Positions 23,973 to 30,933 of a stretch of DNA of 31,097 nucleotides are shown piece by piece. Source of the DNA: a virus. Lineage: Duplodnaviria; Caudoviricetes. The position numbers and the translations under genes were made by a program. Every line of letters begins with the position of its first letter. Positions within the stretch are counted from its first letter, which is position 1. The notes beneath the pieces were generated by a model. The model searched no databases. It had not been told where the DNA came from and saw only the letters and a program-made list of their open reading frames with translations. The stretch spans positions 1-31,097 of the IMG/VR virus record IMGVR_UViG_3300049046_000027, one strand, 5' to 3'.

Positions 23973-24584
23973 ATGTCAGACATTTATAGCAATTACGCAG
24001 AATTAGCAGCAAACGAGGTAGAAGGTACAGATTACCTAATCACAGCAGTTAACCGAGGATCATCAGAAGGTAAAGTAATCATTGGGATCCATGGAGGCGG
24101 TATCGAGGGAGGTACATCCGAACTAACAAAAGAGTTTGCAGGAAGTGAACACTCTTATTATCTATTTGAAGGAATCAAGTCGTCCGGCAATACCGACCTT
24201 CATATTACCAGCACTAACTTCGATGAGCCAAAGGCGCTAGCACTAGTTACATCTAAAGCACATGGCCTATCTTTCCACGGATACTCTGACTCAACAAATA
24301 AACATACACTTATTGGCGGAGCAGATCATAATAAAAAATTAGAAGTATATCAAGCTTTAACAGCAGCAGGATTTAGCGCAGAGGTTCTAGGAGAAGATGA
24401 TCCATTAGCCGGAGCCGATCCCGATAACATTGTAAACCGAGTAACATCTGGCGCAGGTGTCCAGTTAGAGCTTAGTACAGCTCAACGAAAAGCAATGTTT
24501 ACAGACTTTACCCTTAACGGACGTGAAAGCTCTAAAACAGCTGAGTTCTTCAACTACATAGGGTCTTTACGAAACGCATTCTAA
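23973..24584 (+). CDS. pghP: Poly-gamma-glutamate hydrolase (PghP family)
   Basis: IHGGGIEGGTSEL, LHITSTNFDEP, SFHGY, NIVNR, GVQLELSTAQR. Confidence 0.92.
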   Translation: MSDIYSNYAELAANEVEGTDYLITAVNRGSSEGKVIIGIHGGGIEGGTSELTKEFAGSEHSYYLFEGIKSSGNTDLHITSTNFDEPKALALVTSKAHGLSFHGYSDSTNKHTLIGGADHNKKLEVYQALTAAGFSAEVLGEDDPLAGADPDNIVNRVTSGAGVQLELSTAQRKAMFTDFTLNGRESSKTAEFFNYIGSLRNAF

Positions 24585-24618
24585 TCATAACGTTTATACA
24601 ATAGGAGGAGAACTAATT

Positions 24619-24945
24619 ATGAAAAAAGGAAACGTATATAGACACTATAAAGGCGGAATTTATACTTACATGGGGATTGCAGTACCACAGACTGAGAATC
24701 ATGACCAGGCAGATATTACAGGATATACCCTTATAGCTAAACATACGGAAACTGAGAAGATTGTAAATATTACTCGTGCATTGTTCACTCGTGCTTGTAT
24801 TTCAGACCTGGATCACCCGACTGTATTATATAAAGATACGAAAGATGGGCAGCTATGGGTACGACCAGTAGATGAGTTCTTCGGGTGGGTATTAGAGGAT
24901 GGTTACCCTACAATCCAACGTTTCAAATTAGTGGAGTCGAAGTAA
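24619..24945 (+). CDS. DUF1653-like protein
   Basis: YRHYKGGIY, AKHTET, VLY, LWVRPVDEF. Confidence 0.8.
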   Translation: MKKGNVYRHYKGGIYTYMGIAVPQTENHDQADITGYTLIAKHTETEKIVNITRALFTRACISDLDHPTVLYKDTKDGQLWVRPVDEFFGWVLEDGYPTIQRFKLVESK

Positions 24946-25107
24946 ATGACAACATTCATCATTTGTGCAGTTATTTACTTACTGATCGGGGTAGGGTTAA
25001 TCATCTGGGCAGTTTGTGTAGACGCTCGTACACTATGGGCGCTACCAATGTTTCCAGTTATTATCTTAGCTTGGCCTTACTTCCTGATAAAGGGGTGGCT
25101 AGAATGA
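24946..25107 (+). CDS. Small membrane protein (53 aa, 2 TM)
   Basis: MTTFIICAVIYLLIGVGLIIWAVCVDARTLWALPMFPVIILAWPYFLIKGWLE; abuts the upstream stop and overlaps the next start (ATGA). Confidence 0.75.
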   Translation: MTTFIICAVIYLLIGVGLIIWAVCVDARTLWALPMFPVIILAWPYFLIKGWLE

Positions 25108-25484
25108 TTAACTTATACGTAGATGACCTTAGAGACATCCCAAGAGACTTCTCAGGAGCTCGTACCTACGAAGAAGCAATATTACACCTTAAAGCATACC
25201 CAATTAACCTTCTCTCCTTGGATCACGATCTAGGGGAGGATGAACAAGGTAACCTCTTACCTACAGGAGATGACGTAGTAAACTGGATCATCGAGTTCGG
25301 TGCCACTAAAACACCCTTGATTATCAATAGGATCTATCTACACACAGACAACCCTGTAGGAAGAGAACGTATGTATAAAGCCTTAATCAGGGCGCAGGAA
25401 CGTGGATTCATCCATAAACGAACTAGTATCCACCATTACCCGATTACGCCAAACAAATACACAGACCCTACTCAACCTTCTTGA
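25104..25484 (+). CDS. Cyclic-phosphate-processing receiver-domain (cREC_REC) protein
   Basis: LYVDDLR, LSLDHDLG, TGDD, HTDNPVGRERM; the real start is ATG 25104. Confidence 0.8.
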   Translation: MINLYVDDLRDIPRDFSGARTYEEAILHLKAYPINLLSLDHDLGEDEQGNLLPTGDDVVNWIIEFGATKTPLIINRIYLHTDNPVGRERMYKALIRAQERGFIHKRTSIHHYPITPNKYTDPTQPS

Positions 25485-25533
25485 TTATAGGGAAGTTATA
25501 TAACATTAGGAATAATTAACCAGTTTCGACATT

Positions 25534-25589
25534 AAACCCCTATATTGTACTTAGTATCAATACTAGATACTTGGTACAGAGAGGGGTTT
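25534..25589 (+). promoter_or_regulatory. Long hairpin sequestering the RBS of the downstream peptide gene
   Basis: AAACCCCT/AGGGGTTT, TGTACT/GGTACA, AGTATC/GATACT; late-like CCCTATATTG in the 5' arm. Confidence 0.55.
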
Positions 25590-25594
25590 TCTTT

Positions 25595-25732
25595 ATGCTC
25601 GTTTTTAAAGGGCTCTATAAGGCCGTACAACAGTTCTTCTACCGTTTAAAGGTAAAGTTACTACGATACGTTTTAAACGTCCTTATACGCCTTCTCGTCC
25701 GTCTCATAAAGCACAGGAATAAGAGGGAATAA
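25595..25732 (+). CDS. 45-aa cationic amphipathic peptide
   Basis: RBS GAGAGGGGT; MLVFKGLYKAVQQFFYRLKVKLLRYVLNVLIRLLVRLIKHRNKRE. Confidence 0.55.
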   Translation: MLVFKGLYKAVQQFFYRLKVKLLRYVLNVLIRLLVRLIKHRNKRE

Positions 25733-25795
25733 TTGAAAGGAGTTAGCCGCTCCTTTCAGGCTATACTATACCTATACCCAGAAAGAGGTGATGGG

Positions 25796-25897
25796 ATGCT
25801 TAATAGATGGGCTGCAATGTATATACGTTACTTACTATTAATTAAGCAAGTACGCGGGATGGCTAGAAATGCCTGGGTTAATTTGACGGATAAATAA
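25796..25897 (+). CDS. 33-aa basic/hydrophobic peptide
   Basis: RBS AAAGAGGTGA; MLNRWAAMYIRYLLLIKQVRGMARNAWVNLTDK. Confidence 0.55.
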   Translation: MLNRWAAMYIRYLLLIKQVRGMARNAWVNLTDK

Positions 25898-25915
25898 CAT
25901 GAGAGGGGTGATGAG

Positions 25916-26008
25916 ATGAGTGACAGATGGATCGCAATATTGGTACTACCAATTGCTTTATTCTTATTCGTGCTGCTGATGATACTGCCGGCTTATTGGG
26001 GATGGTAA
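25916..26008 (+). CDS. 30-aa single-TM peptide
   Basis: RBS GAGGGGTGA; MSDRWIAILVLPIALFLFVLLMILPAYWGW. Confidence 0.65.
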   Translation: MSDRWIAILVLPIALFLFVLLMILPAYWGW

Positions 26009-26130
26009 AATATGGAAGTAAGGAATATAGGTTTTGAAAATTTTTCTGGGGATTTTAAGGGGGTCTTAGTGATCCTTGAAAGCGGAAGAAGGTTTCCTAT
26101 ATAAAGCACGGGGTGGGTATAGGAGGTATA

Positions 26131-26159
26131 GGGGCTCTTGAAAGAGGGCTCCTTTATTT
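26131..26159 (+). terminator. Probable intrinsic terminator
   Basis: GGGGCTCTT-GAAA-GAGGGCTCC-TTTATTT. Confidence 0.6.
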
Positions 26160-26349
26160 ATGTTTAAGATAGGTTTCATTTTAGGTTACGAAAACTTCCG
26201 GAAAAATGAGCCCCAGCTAGAGGGGTGGCATAGGAGTCCCTAGGTCTTAGGAGGAAAAAGACCTAGGGGAGGGGTTTGTCGAACGCTGTCTCTAACATTC
26301 GACACTCTATTCAACTGTAACCAATCTCTAACATACACACTATCAAATG

Positions 26350-26487
26350 TCAACGAATATATTTCATAAAAAACTTTTTCATTTGCTTATCAATTCGTTT
26401 AAACATATTTTCATTCTCTTTCTTGTAACTCTCTAACCGCTTGCCGTTTGCCTCTAATGCTTTTAAGATCTCATAGCTATCATTCAT
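26350..26487 (-). CDS. Small hypothetical protein (45 aa)
   Basis: RBS AAAGGAGCGG; MNDSYEILKALEANGKRLESYKKENENMFKRIDKQMKKFFMKYIR. Confidence 0.7.
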   Translation of the reverse strand: MNDSYEILKALEANGKRLESYKKENENMFKRIDKQMKKFFMKYIR

Positions 26488-26500
26488 GTTAACCGCTCCT

Positions 26501-26758
26501 TTAATATGTTATAGGATACATCTTACTATTAAACTGTATTTTACCTTCTTTTACTTTACGAATTAACCATTTATTATTTTCTCTCCCTGTTGCGTCATTC
26601 ATAGTAGTGTATTCAACTAATGCCGTATTATCTTCTACCAGGAATATAGTTATCTTGGCCTCGCCTTCTACAGTCCACGTTGTCCAGGTATTGCTGTATG
26701 CGTACATATCCTGTGATAACTTAGTGAAATGCTTTTCTTTTAGTTGTTTTAGATTCAT
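26501..26758 (-). CDS. Hypothetical early protein
   Basis: RBS AAAGGAGCGG, 85 aa. Confidence 0.8.
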   Translation of the reverse strand: MNLKQLKEKHFTKLSQDMYAYSNTWTTWTVEGEAKITIFLVEDNTALVEYTTMNDATGRENNKWLIRKVKEGKIQFNSKMYPITY

Positions 26759-26797
26759 TTATAACCGCTCCTTTAATATGTTTTATTAACTATATTC

Positions 26798-26827
26798 ATT
26801 GTATCATGTGTGTATGCTTTAAGTCAA
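26798..26827 (-). promoter_or_regulatory. Sigma-A early promoter
   Basis: TTGACT-18-TACAAT with extended TG; (TA)n tract immediately upstream. Confidence 0.7.
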
Positions 26828-26849
26828 CATATATATATATATATATATA

Positions 26850-26877
26850 AAAGAAAAAGGAGAAAGTTTCTCTCCTT
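26850..26877 (-). terminator. Intrinsic terminator
   Basis: AAGGAGA-loop-TCTCCTT-TTTCTTT on the minus strand. Confidence 0.7.
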
Positions 26878-26878
26878 A

Positions 26879-27118
26879 TTAATATTCGTAGAAGTCCTCT
26901 CTATTCAATCCGTTATACTCATAGTCGTCTAGCCCTTCATATTCCATCTGTGCGGCATAATCCTCCCTAGCGGCCTCTAATAGCTCGCTTATCTCACTCA
27001 TACGGTATTCTATTAAGTCGGCCTGTTCCTCTGTCCTAGCGTGGTCTAAAGCCGCTTCTAGCCGCTCATACTTATTCTCAAGTGTATCAATTTGAATAGC
27101 TAACTCATTTAATAACAT
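26879..27118 (-). CDS. Acidic coiled-coil hypothetical protein
   Basis: RBS AAAGGAGCGG spacing favours ATG 27118. Confidence 0.8.
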   Translation of the reverse strand: MLLNELAIQIDTLENKYERLEAALDHARTEEQADLIEYRMSEISELLEAAREDYAAQMEYEGLDDYEYNGLNREDFYEY

Positions 27119-27132
27119 TGTCATCCGCTCCT

Positions 27133-27309
27133 TTAATAAATTTTAAATTCTTCTTTATTAGAGACATAATATTCATCGTTAATATATACCTTTATACAGT
27201 TGTCTTCATGGAATAGTTTAAATTCGTCTTCCATCAAGTTTACGCTTACTGTAAAGTAGTAAGGTGAACAGTTAGTAAAAGTGTCTACGCCTTCTATTGT
27301 GATATTCAT
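27133..27309 (-). CDS. Small hypothetical protein (58 aa)
   Basis: RBS AAAGGAGCGG; MNITIEGVDTFTNCSPYYF... Confidence 0.7.
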   Translation of the reverse strand: MNITIEGVDTFTNCSPYYFTVSVNLMEDEFKLFHEDNCIKVYINDEYYVSNKEEFKIY

Positions 27310-27322
27310 CTTATCCGCTCCT

Positions 27323-28006
27323 TTATAATTTGTAAGTGTTACCGCTTGTTTCTCCTGTACCTTTTACCGTTGGCTTAATCCATACTTTCTTTCCATTCTT
27401 ATAGTGGCGATAATGTCCTCTTACATTCCAGGACTCAGTTTTACGTGTATATTCTCGCTTATCCTCTTTACTAAGATCAAACGTATATTTAACCGTGTTC
27501 ACCTTTATAATTTTAGTCTTTCCACCTTGTTTATGTTTACCTCGCTTTTTAAGCGTCCTAGCGGATCGCTCAGCAACGATTGTGGCCGGCTTATGGTTAA
27601 TGTATTGGAAGATAGCAAAACACGTTAAAACGGTGTGTACGGCCTGCTCACGTAGATCCTCTTTATTTAATCCGCTAACACTTGTTTTTAAGTTGGTAAA
27701 GTCACCGCTAAACGTTTCATTGATTGAAAAGGATAAAACTTCTTTATAATCCGCCTTATCATACTGTTTAAAGAATATGGATTGTTCCGTTACCCTTACA
27801 TAATAGAGAGAAGTAAAGGAGCGGTTAATAGTGTGACCTCTAAAGGATTCAACATAGATAGGTATTTCTATAAGGCATTCAGTAAAAGGAAAGTCTATAC
27901 TATCGAATTCTTTATGGTGTTTATCATCCCAGGCCATTATATGAGAGTGTTGCTCCTCTGTTAATATGATCTTATCTAATTTGTTGTATCTATCCATTGT
28001 TAGCAT
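27323..28006 (-). CDS. Hypothetical phage protein with a basic C-terminal WxVRGHxR motif
   Basis: RBS AAAAGGAG before ATG 28006; WNVRGHYRHYKNGKKVWIKP. Confidence 0.8.
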   Translation of the reverse strand: MLTMDRYNKLDKIILTEEQHSHIMAWDDKHHKEFDSIDFPFTECLIEIPIYVESFRGHTINRSFTSLYYVRVTEQSIFFKQYDKADYKEVLSFSINETFSGDFTNLKTSVSGLNKEDLREQAVHTVLTCFAIFQYINHKPATIVAERSARTLKKRGKHKQGGKTKIIKVNTVKYTFDLSKEDKREYTRKTESWNVRGHYRHYKNGKKVWIKPTVKGTGETSGNTYKL

Positions 28007-28090
28007 GTGTGTAGCTCCTTTTTGTATAGATATGCAGACCGTTTTTAGAAAGTACTTATATATTACAACTTTATGCAAACTAATGTATAT

Positions 28091-28354
28091 TTAATCTATA
28101 TTACTTGCTCTTAATGATCTGCAAGTATCAACATAATGACAAGCTACATCTTTCTTAAAGCTCTCCATGTCCTTACCGAAATAATTTAAGAAGTCTTGAA
28201 AGCTTTCACCGCTTGTAATACCGTACAGTAAATTATAACCGTCCTCTGTTTCTGCGATACCTGTATATAAAGAGATACCTTGTTCAATCGTTCCATGAAT
28301 ACAGTCATTTAATAAATCCTTATATCTATAACCATTTTCAATAAATTCTAACAT
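28091..28354 (-). CDS. Hypothetical protein
   Basis: RBS AAAGGGAGCGG, 87 aa. Confidence 0.75.
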   Translation of the reverse strand: MLEFIENGYRYKDLLNDCIHGTIEQGISLYTGIAETEDGYNLLYGITSGESFQDFLNYFGKDMESFKKDVACHYVDTCRSLRASNID

Positions 28355-28382
28355 GTGAACCGCTCCCTTTATTATAAATTAT

Positions 28383-28454
28383 GTTAGCTTAAGCTAACCT
28401 TACCAAGGCTTAAAGCCTAACACGCTGTATGAGGCCTCTATTAGCCTCATACAG
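28383..28454. repeat. Cluster of palindromes/hairpins
   Basis: Perfect 16-bp GTTAGCTTAAGCTAAC; AGGCTT-A-AAGCCT; 11-bp stem CTGTATGAGGC/GCCTCATACAG. Confidence 0.6.
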
Positions 28455-28479
28455 ACGTTTTAAGAGGAAGAGAAGGTAT

Positions 28480-29226
28480 TTACACCTCCTCGCTTATTTC
28501 CTCGCTTACAAGGCCATCTATATACTCTAATGTATCCTCCCAAGCATATTGAGTGTCCATGTCCTCATCTGTTTCTTTGTTCCATATTTCGTATGCTTCA
28601 CTCATAGCACCAAAGCGGATACCGTACCCTTTATACTCTTCATATCCGTCATGCTCTGTAACAGTTTCAAAGAAAGTATAATCATTGTCGAATACTAATA
28701 ATACTGAGTCTGTATAGTTAGCTCTTACATCACCGTATAAGTGAACTTTAAACTCTACGTAGAAAGAGCCGTCTATAGTACTTGTGTACGTTTGAAAGTT
28801 ATAATGATTAGATACATTAGCGGCCCAGTTATAAGAGTTATCGCCTTTACCTTCTTCAATGTAACCCAAGTCCACCTGGTGCTCAATATAATCTGATACA
28901 CTGACCGGAGACATGTTTTCCTCCTCTAGTTCTTCTCTGCGCTCTTCTGCGTCCTCTTCATATTCAAAGCCGTCCTCTATAATGTTGTTATCTACATCAG
29001 TAATAATATACGTTTCTTTATCCTCACTTAGTTCTATAATGTAACTAGCAGGTAAAACTGTTTCAGCTTCATAGCCTTTAAAGCCTTCTAGGATCTCAAT
29101 GATATCAACATAACCTTTATCAACACTTTCACCGATCTTGTGAGGCTGGCCGAATACGCTAACAGTAGCTCCTCTAGTTGCTAATACCTCATTGATTACA
29201 TTTTGAACAGAATTAGTATTTGTCAT
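28480..29226 (-). CDS. Highly acidic hypothetical protein
   Basis: 248 aa, RBS AAAGGGGA within the repeated cassette. Confidence 0.85.
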   Translation of the reverse strand: MTNTNSVQNVINEVLATRGATVSVFGQPHKIGESVDKGYVDIIEILEGFKGYEAETVLPASYIIELSEDKETYIITDVDNNIIEDGFEYEEDAEERREELEEENMSPVSVSDYIEHQVDLGYIEEGKGDNSYNWAANVSNHYNFQTYTSTIDGSFYVEFKVHLYGDVRANYTDSVLLVFDNDYTFFETVTEHDGYEEYKGYGIRFGAMSEAYEIWNKETDEDMDTQYAWEDTLEYIDGLVSEEISEEV

Positions 29227-29317
29227 TTTAACATTTCCCCTTTAAATTTAATTTGTTTTATTAGCTTATAATTTATTATAGCATTCTTATTTACTGTAAG
29301 TCAACAACATTTTAAAA
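29224..29317 (-). repeat. Promoter-RBS-ATG cassette, copy 1
   Basis: TTGACT-18-TATAAT ... AAAGGGGAAATGTTAAAATG; near-identical to 30598-30697. Confidence 0.9.
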
Positions 29318-29323
29318 AAAAAT

Positions 29324-29611
29324 TTATAAGTTTCTTTTCTCTATAATACGTGGAAGCTTTATGTCTACAGCATGGTTTAACACACCATGAGCCCGTGCTA
29401 AGTCATCCTTATCGTGACCAATATACTCTCCTGAGTATAAAGCTGTTCTAACTAATTCCATTATATCAGACCAATTTAGTCTCCAAGCCTCTAATGTATC
29501 TATGCAGCAGACAAGCTCTGATTCATAGCTTACGTTCTTAGCAGCCTGTAATACCTCGCTGCAAGATGTGAATGGAGTGATATAAGTATACATAGTGTTA
29601 GTTGCTTTCAT
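29324..29611 (-). CDS. Hypothetical protein
   Basis: 95 aa, same RBS-ATG block. Confidence 0.8.
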   Translation of the reverse strand: MKATNTMYTYITPFTSCSEVLQAAKNVSYESELVCCIDTLEAWRLNWSDIMELVRTALYSGEYIGHDKDDLARAHGVLNHAVDIKLPRIIEKRNL

Positions 29612-29697
29612 TTTAACATTTCCCCTTTAAATGGATTATAGTAGGTTATAGTCTATATTATACACTTTATTTGAATATGTGCAAGACTATTTTAAAA
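29609..29697 (-). repeat. Promoter-RBS-ATG cassette, diverged copy
   Basis: 24-bp RBS block identical; promoter TTGCAC-16-TATAAT. Confidence 0.75.
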
Positions 29698-29817
29698 TAT
29701 AGCGGTTTATAAGTAAATAAATGATATTATAACCGTAGCGGCTTGTATGTTATAGTGTGTCTATGATGGCCTGTATGTTATAGCTAGGTTAGGTGGTTAG
29801 TTAGTTGAGTAATGAAG

Positions 29818-29870
29818 TGCCTGACCGTCTGTCTTGTATGGGACAAGCGTCAGAGACGGAAGCCCAGGCA
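29818..29870. other. GC-rich intergenic stem-loop
   Basis: Nested stems TGCCTG/CAGGCA, CCGTCT/AGACGG, CTTGT/ACAAG. Confidence 0.5.
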
Positions 29871-29943
29871 ATTGTTTTTACTTTAGCTCATTAAAGTATT
29901 TTTATCTGACTAATTTTTGTTTAGCTATACACATGCTTATACC

Positions 29944-30153
29944 TTATATGTTACTATAGTATAAGCTATGGCCTATCACTATAAAATTAGTATGCATAAA
30001 CTCTTTTACTTCGTATATAGTAGAGAAAGAATAACTACCGAACTTATCGTGGTTCAAACTAATAACATCTTTCTTGAATGTAACTGTCCAGTTAGTTTCC
30101 GTTATCTCTAGTAATGCTCTCATAATAGCATATATTTCTACTTGTTCATTCAT
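29944..30153 (-). CDS. Hypothetical protein
   Basis: RBS GGAGAGG, 69 aa. Confidence 0.75.
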   Translation of the reverse strand: MNEQVEIYAIMRALLEITETNWTVTFKKDVISLNHDKFGSYSFSTIYEVKEFMHTNFIVIGHSLYYSNI

Positions 30154-30157
30154 TTGT

Positions 30158-30325
30158 TTATTCCTCTCCTTTTATCTCTATATCATCTATAACCTGTTTC
30201 AATATATCTTGTGGTACATCTGTATCGTTCTCTAGTCCTTCTATCGCTTGCTTTAATGAATAGCCTAATGAAACGGCCTCTTCTAATTGTCCTTCTATAT
30301 AATAATACATAAGTGATTTACTCAT
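30158..30325 (-). CDS. Small acidic hypothetical protein (55 aa)
   Basis: RBS AAGGAG; MSKSLMYYYIEGQLEEAVSLG...; fills the gap between neighbours. Confidence 0.7.
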   Translation of the reverse strand: MSKSLMYYYIEGQLEEAVSLGYSLKQAIEGLENDTDVPQDILKQVIDDIEIKGEE

Positions 30326-30330
30326 TTTGT

Positions 30331-30600
30331 TTATATCTCCTTTATGACTTCATAGTCAGTCCATATCTCTATAGCATTACTATATTCTGTTGCACCTTGT
30401 TGACGTAAACACTTATCTAGTGTAATATGTTCTTCACTATCGGCGGTAACGATGATATAATAACAATTATCATCATAGCTTGCATTATACTGCTCATATT
30501 CTTTTTCGTAGTTATCTTTTGCCTGTTGCGGTACGTCTATAGTGCACTCACAACCATATTTATGATTATAGCACTTTAAGCCGACAAGGTATTTTTTCAT
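30331..30600 (-). CDS. Hypothetical protein
   Basis: 89 aa, starts in the repeated cassette. Confidence 0.8.
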   Translation of the reverse strand: MKKYLVGLKCYNHKYGCECTIDVPQQAKDNYEKEYEQYNASYDDNCYYIIVTADSEEHITLDKCLRQQGATEYSNAIEIWTDYEVIKEI

Positions 30601-30697
30601 TTTAACATTTCCCCTTTAAATTTAATTTGTTCTTGCTTTACTAGCTTATAATTTATTATAGCATTCTTATTTACTATAAGTCAACAACATTTTAAAA
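30598..30697 (-). repeat. Promoter-RBS-ATG cassette, copy 2
   Basis: Near-identical to 29224-29317. Confidence 0.9.
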
Positions 30698-30703
30698 TTT
30701 TTT

Positions 30704-30847
30704 TTAATGGCCTTTTGCGATAAAATAAAAGCCTATGAGCTTACAGGCCCCGACAAGTAAAGTAAGACTTAATAAGGTACAAATAATAGTAGCTATAATT
30801 TGTGTTTCAGATAAACCAAGATCAAAACGTTTGATAAGCGCTCTCAT
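30704..30847 (-). CDS. Small membrane protein (47 aa)
   Basis: RBS AAGGAGG; MRALIKRFDLGLSETQIIATIICTLLSLTLLVGACKLIGFYFIAKGH. Confidence 0.7.
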   Translation of the reverse strand: MRALIKRFDLGLSETQIIATIICTLLSLTLLVGACKLIGFYFIAKGH

Positions 30848-30860
30848 GTTATAGCCTCCT

Positions 30861-30891
30861 TATATAGTATGTATATAGTATGTATATAGTA
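30861..30891. repeat. 11-bp tandem repeat, ~2.8 copies
   Basis: TATATAGTATG TATATAGTATG TATATAGTA, directly upstream of an RBS. Confidence 0.8.
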
Positions 30892-30933
30892 GGCCGGTTA
30901 TGCTATGTACTTTCCCGGCCCACCTTATTTATT

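Noticed and set aside
24885-25103. 199-aa version of the receiver-domain ORF
   Set aside because: The upstream part overlaps two better genes (the DUF1653-like gene and the 53-aa membrane protein); the ATGA-coupled start is at 25104
26829-26848. (TA)n tract as a special element
   Set aside because: Adequately explained as an AT-rich upstream element of the adjacent promoter
7152-27964. Numerous short antisense or alternate-frame ORFs in the track (e.g. 7152, 7984, 8021, 9038, 9138, 9677, 10793, 12252, 13906, 20076, 22912, 27404)
   Set aside because: Nested in well-supported genes, without RBS or recognisable motifs
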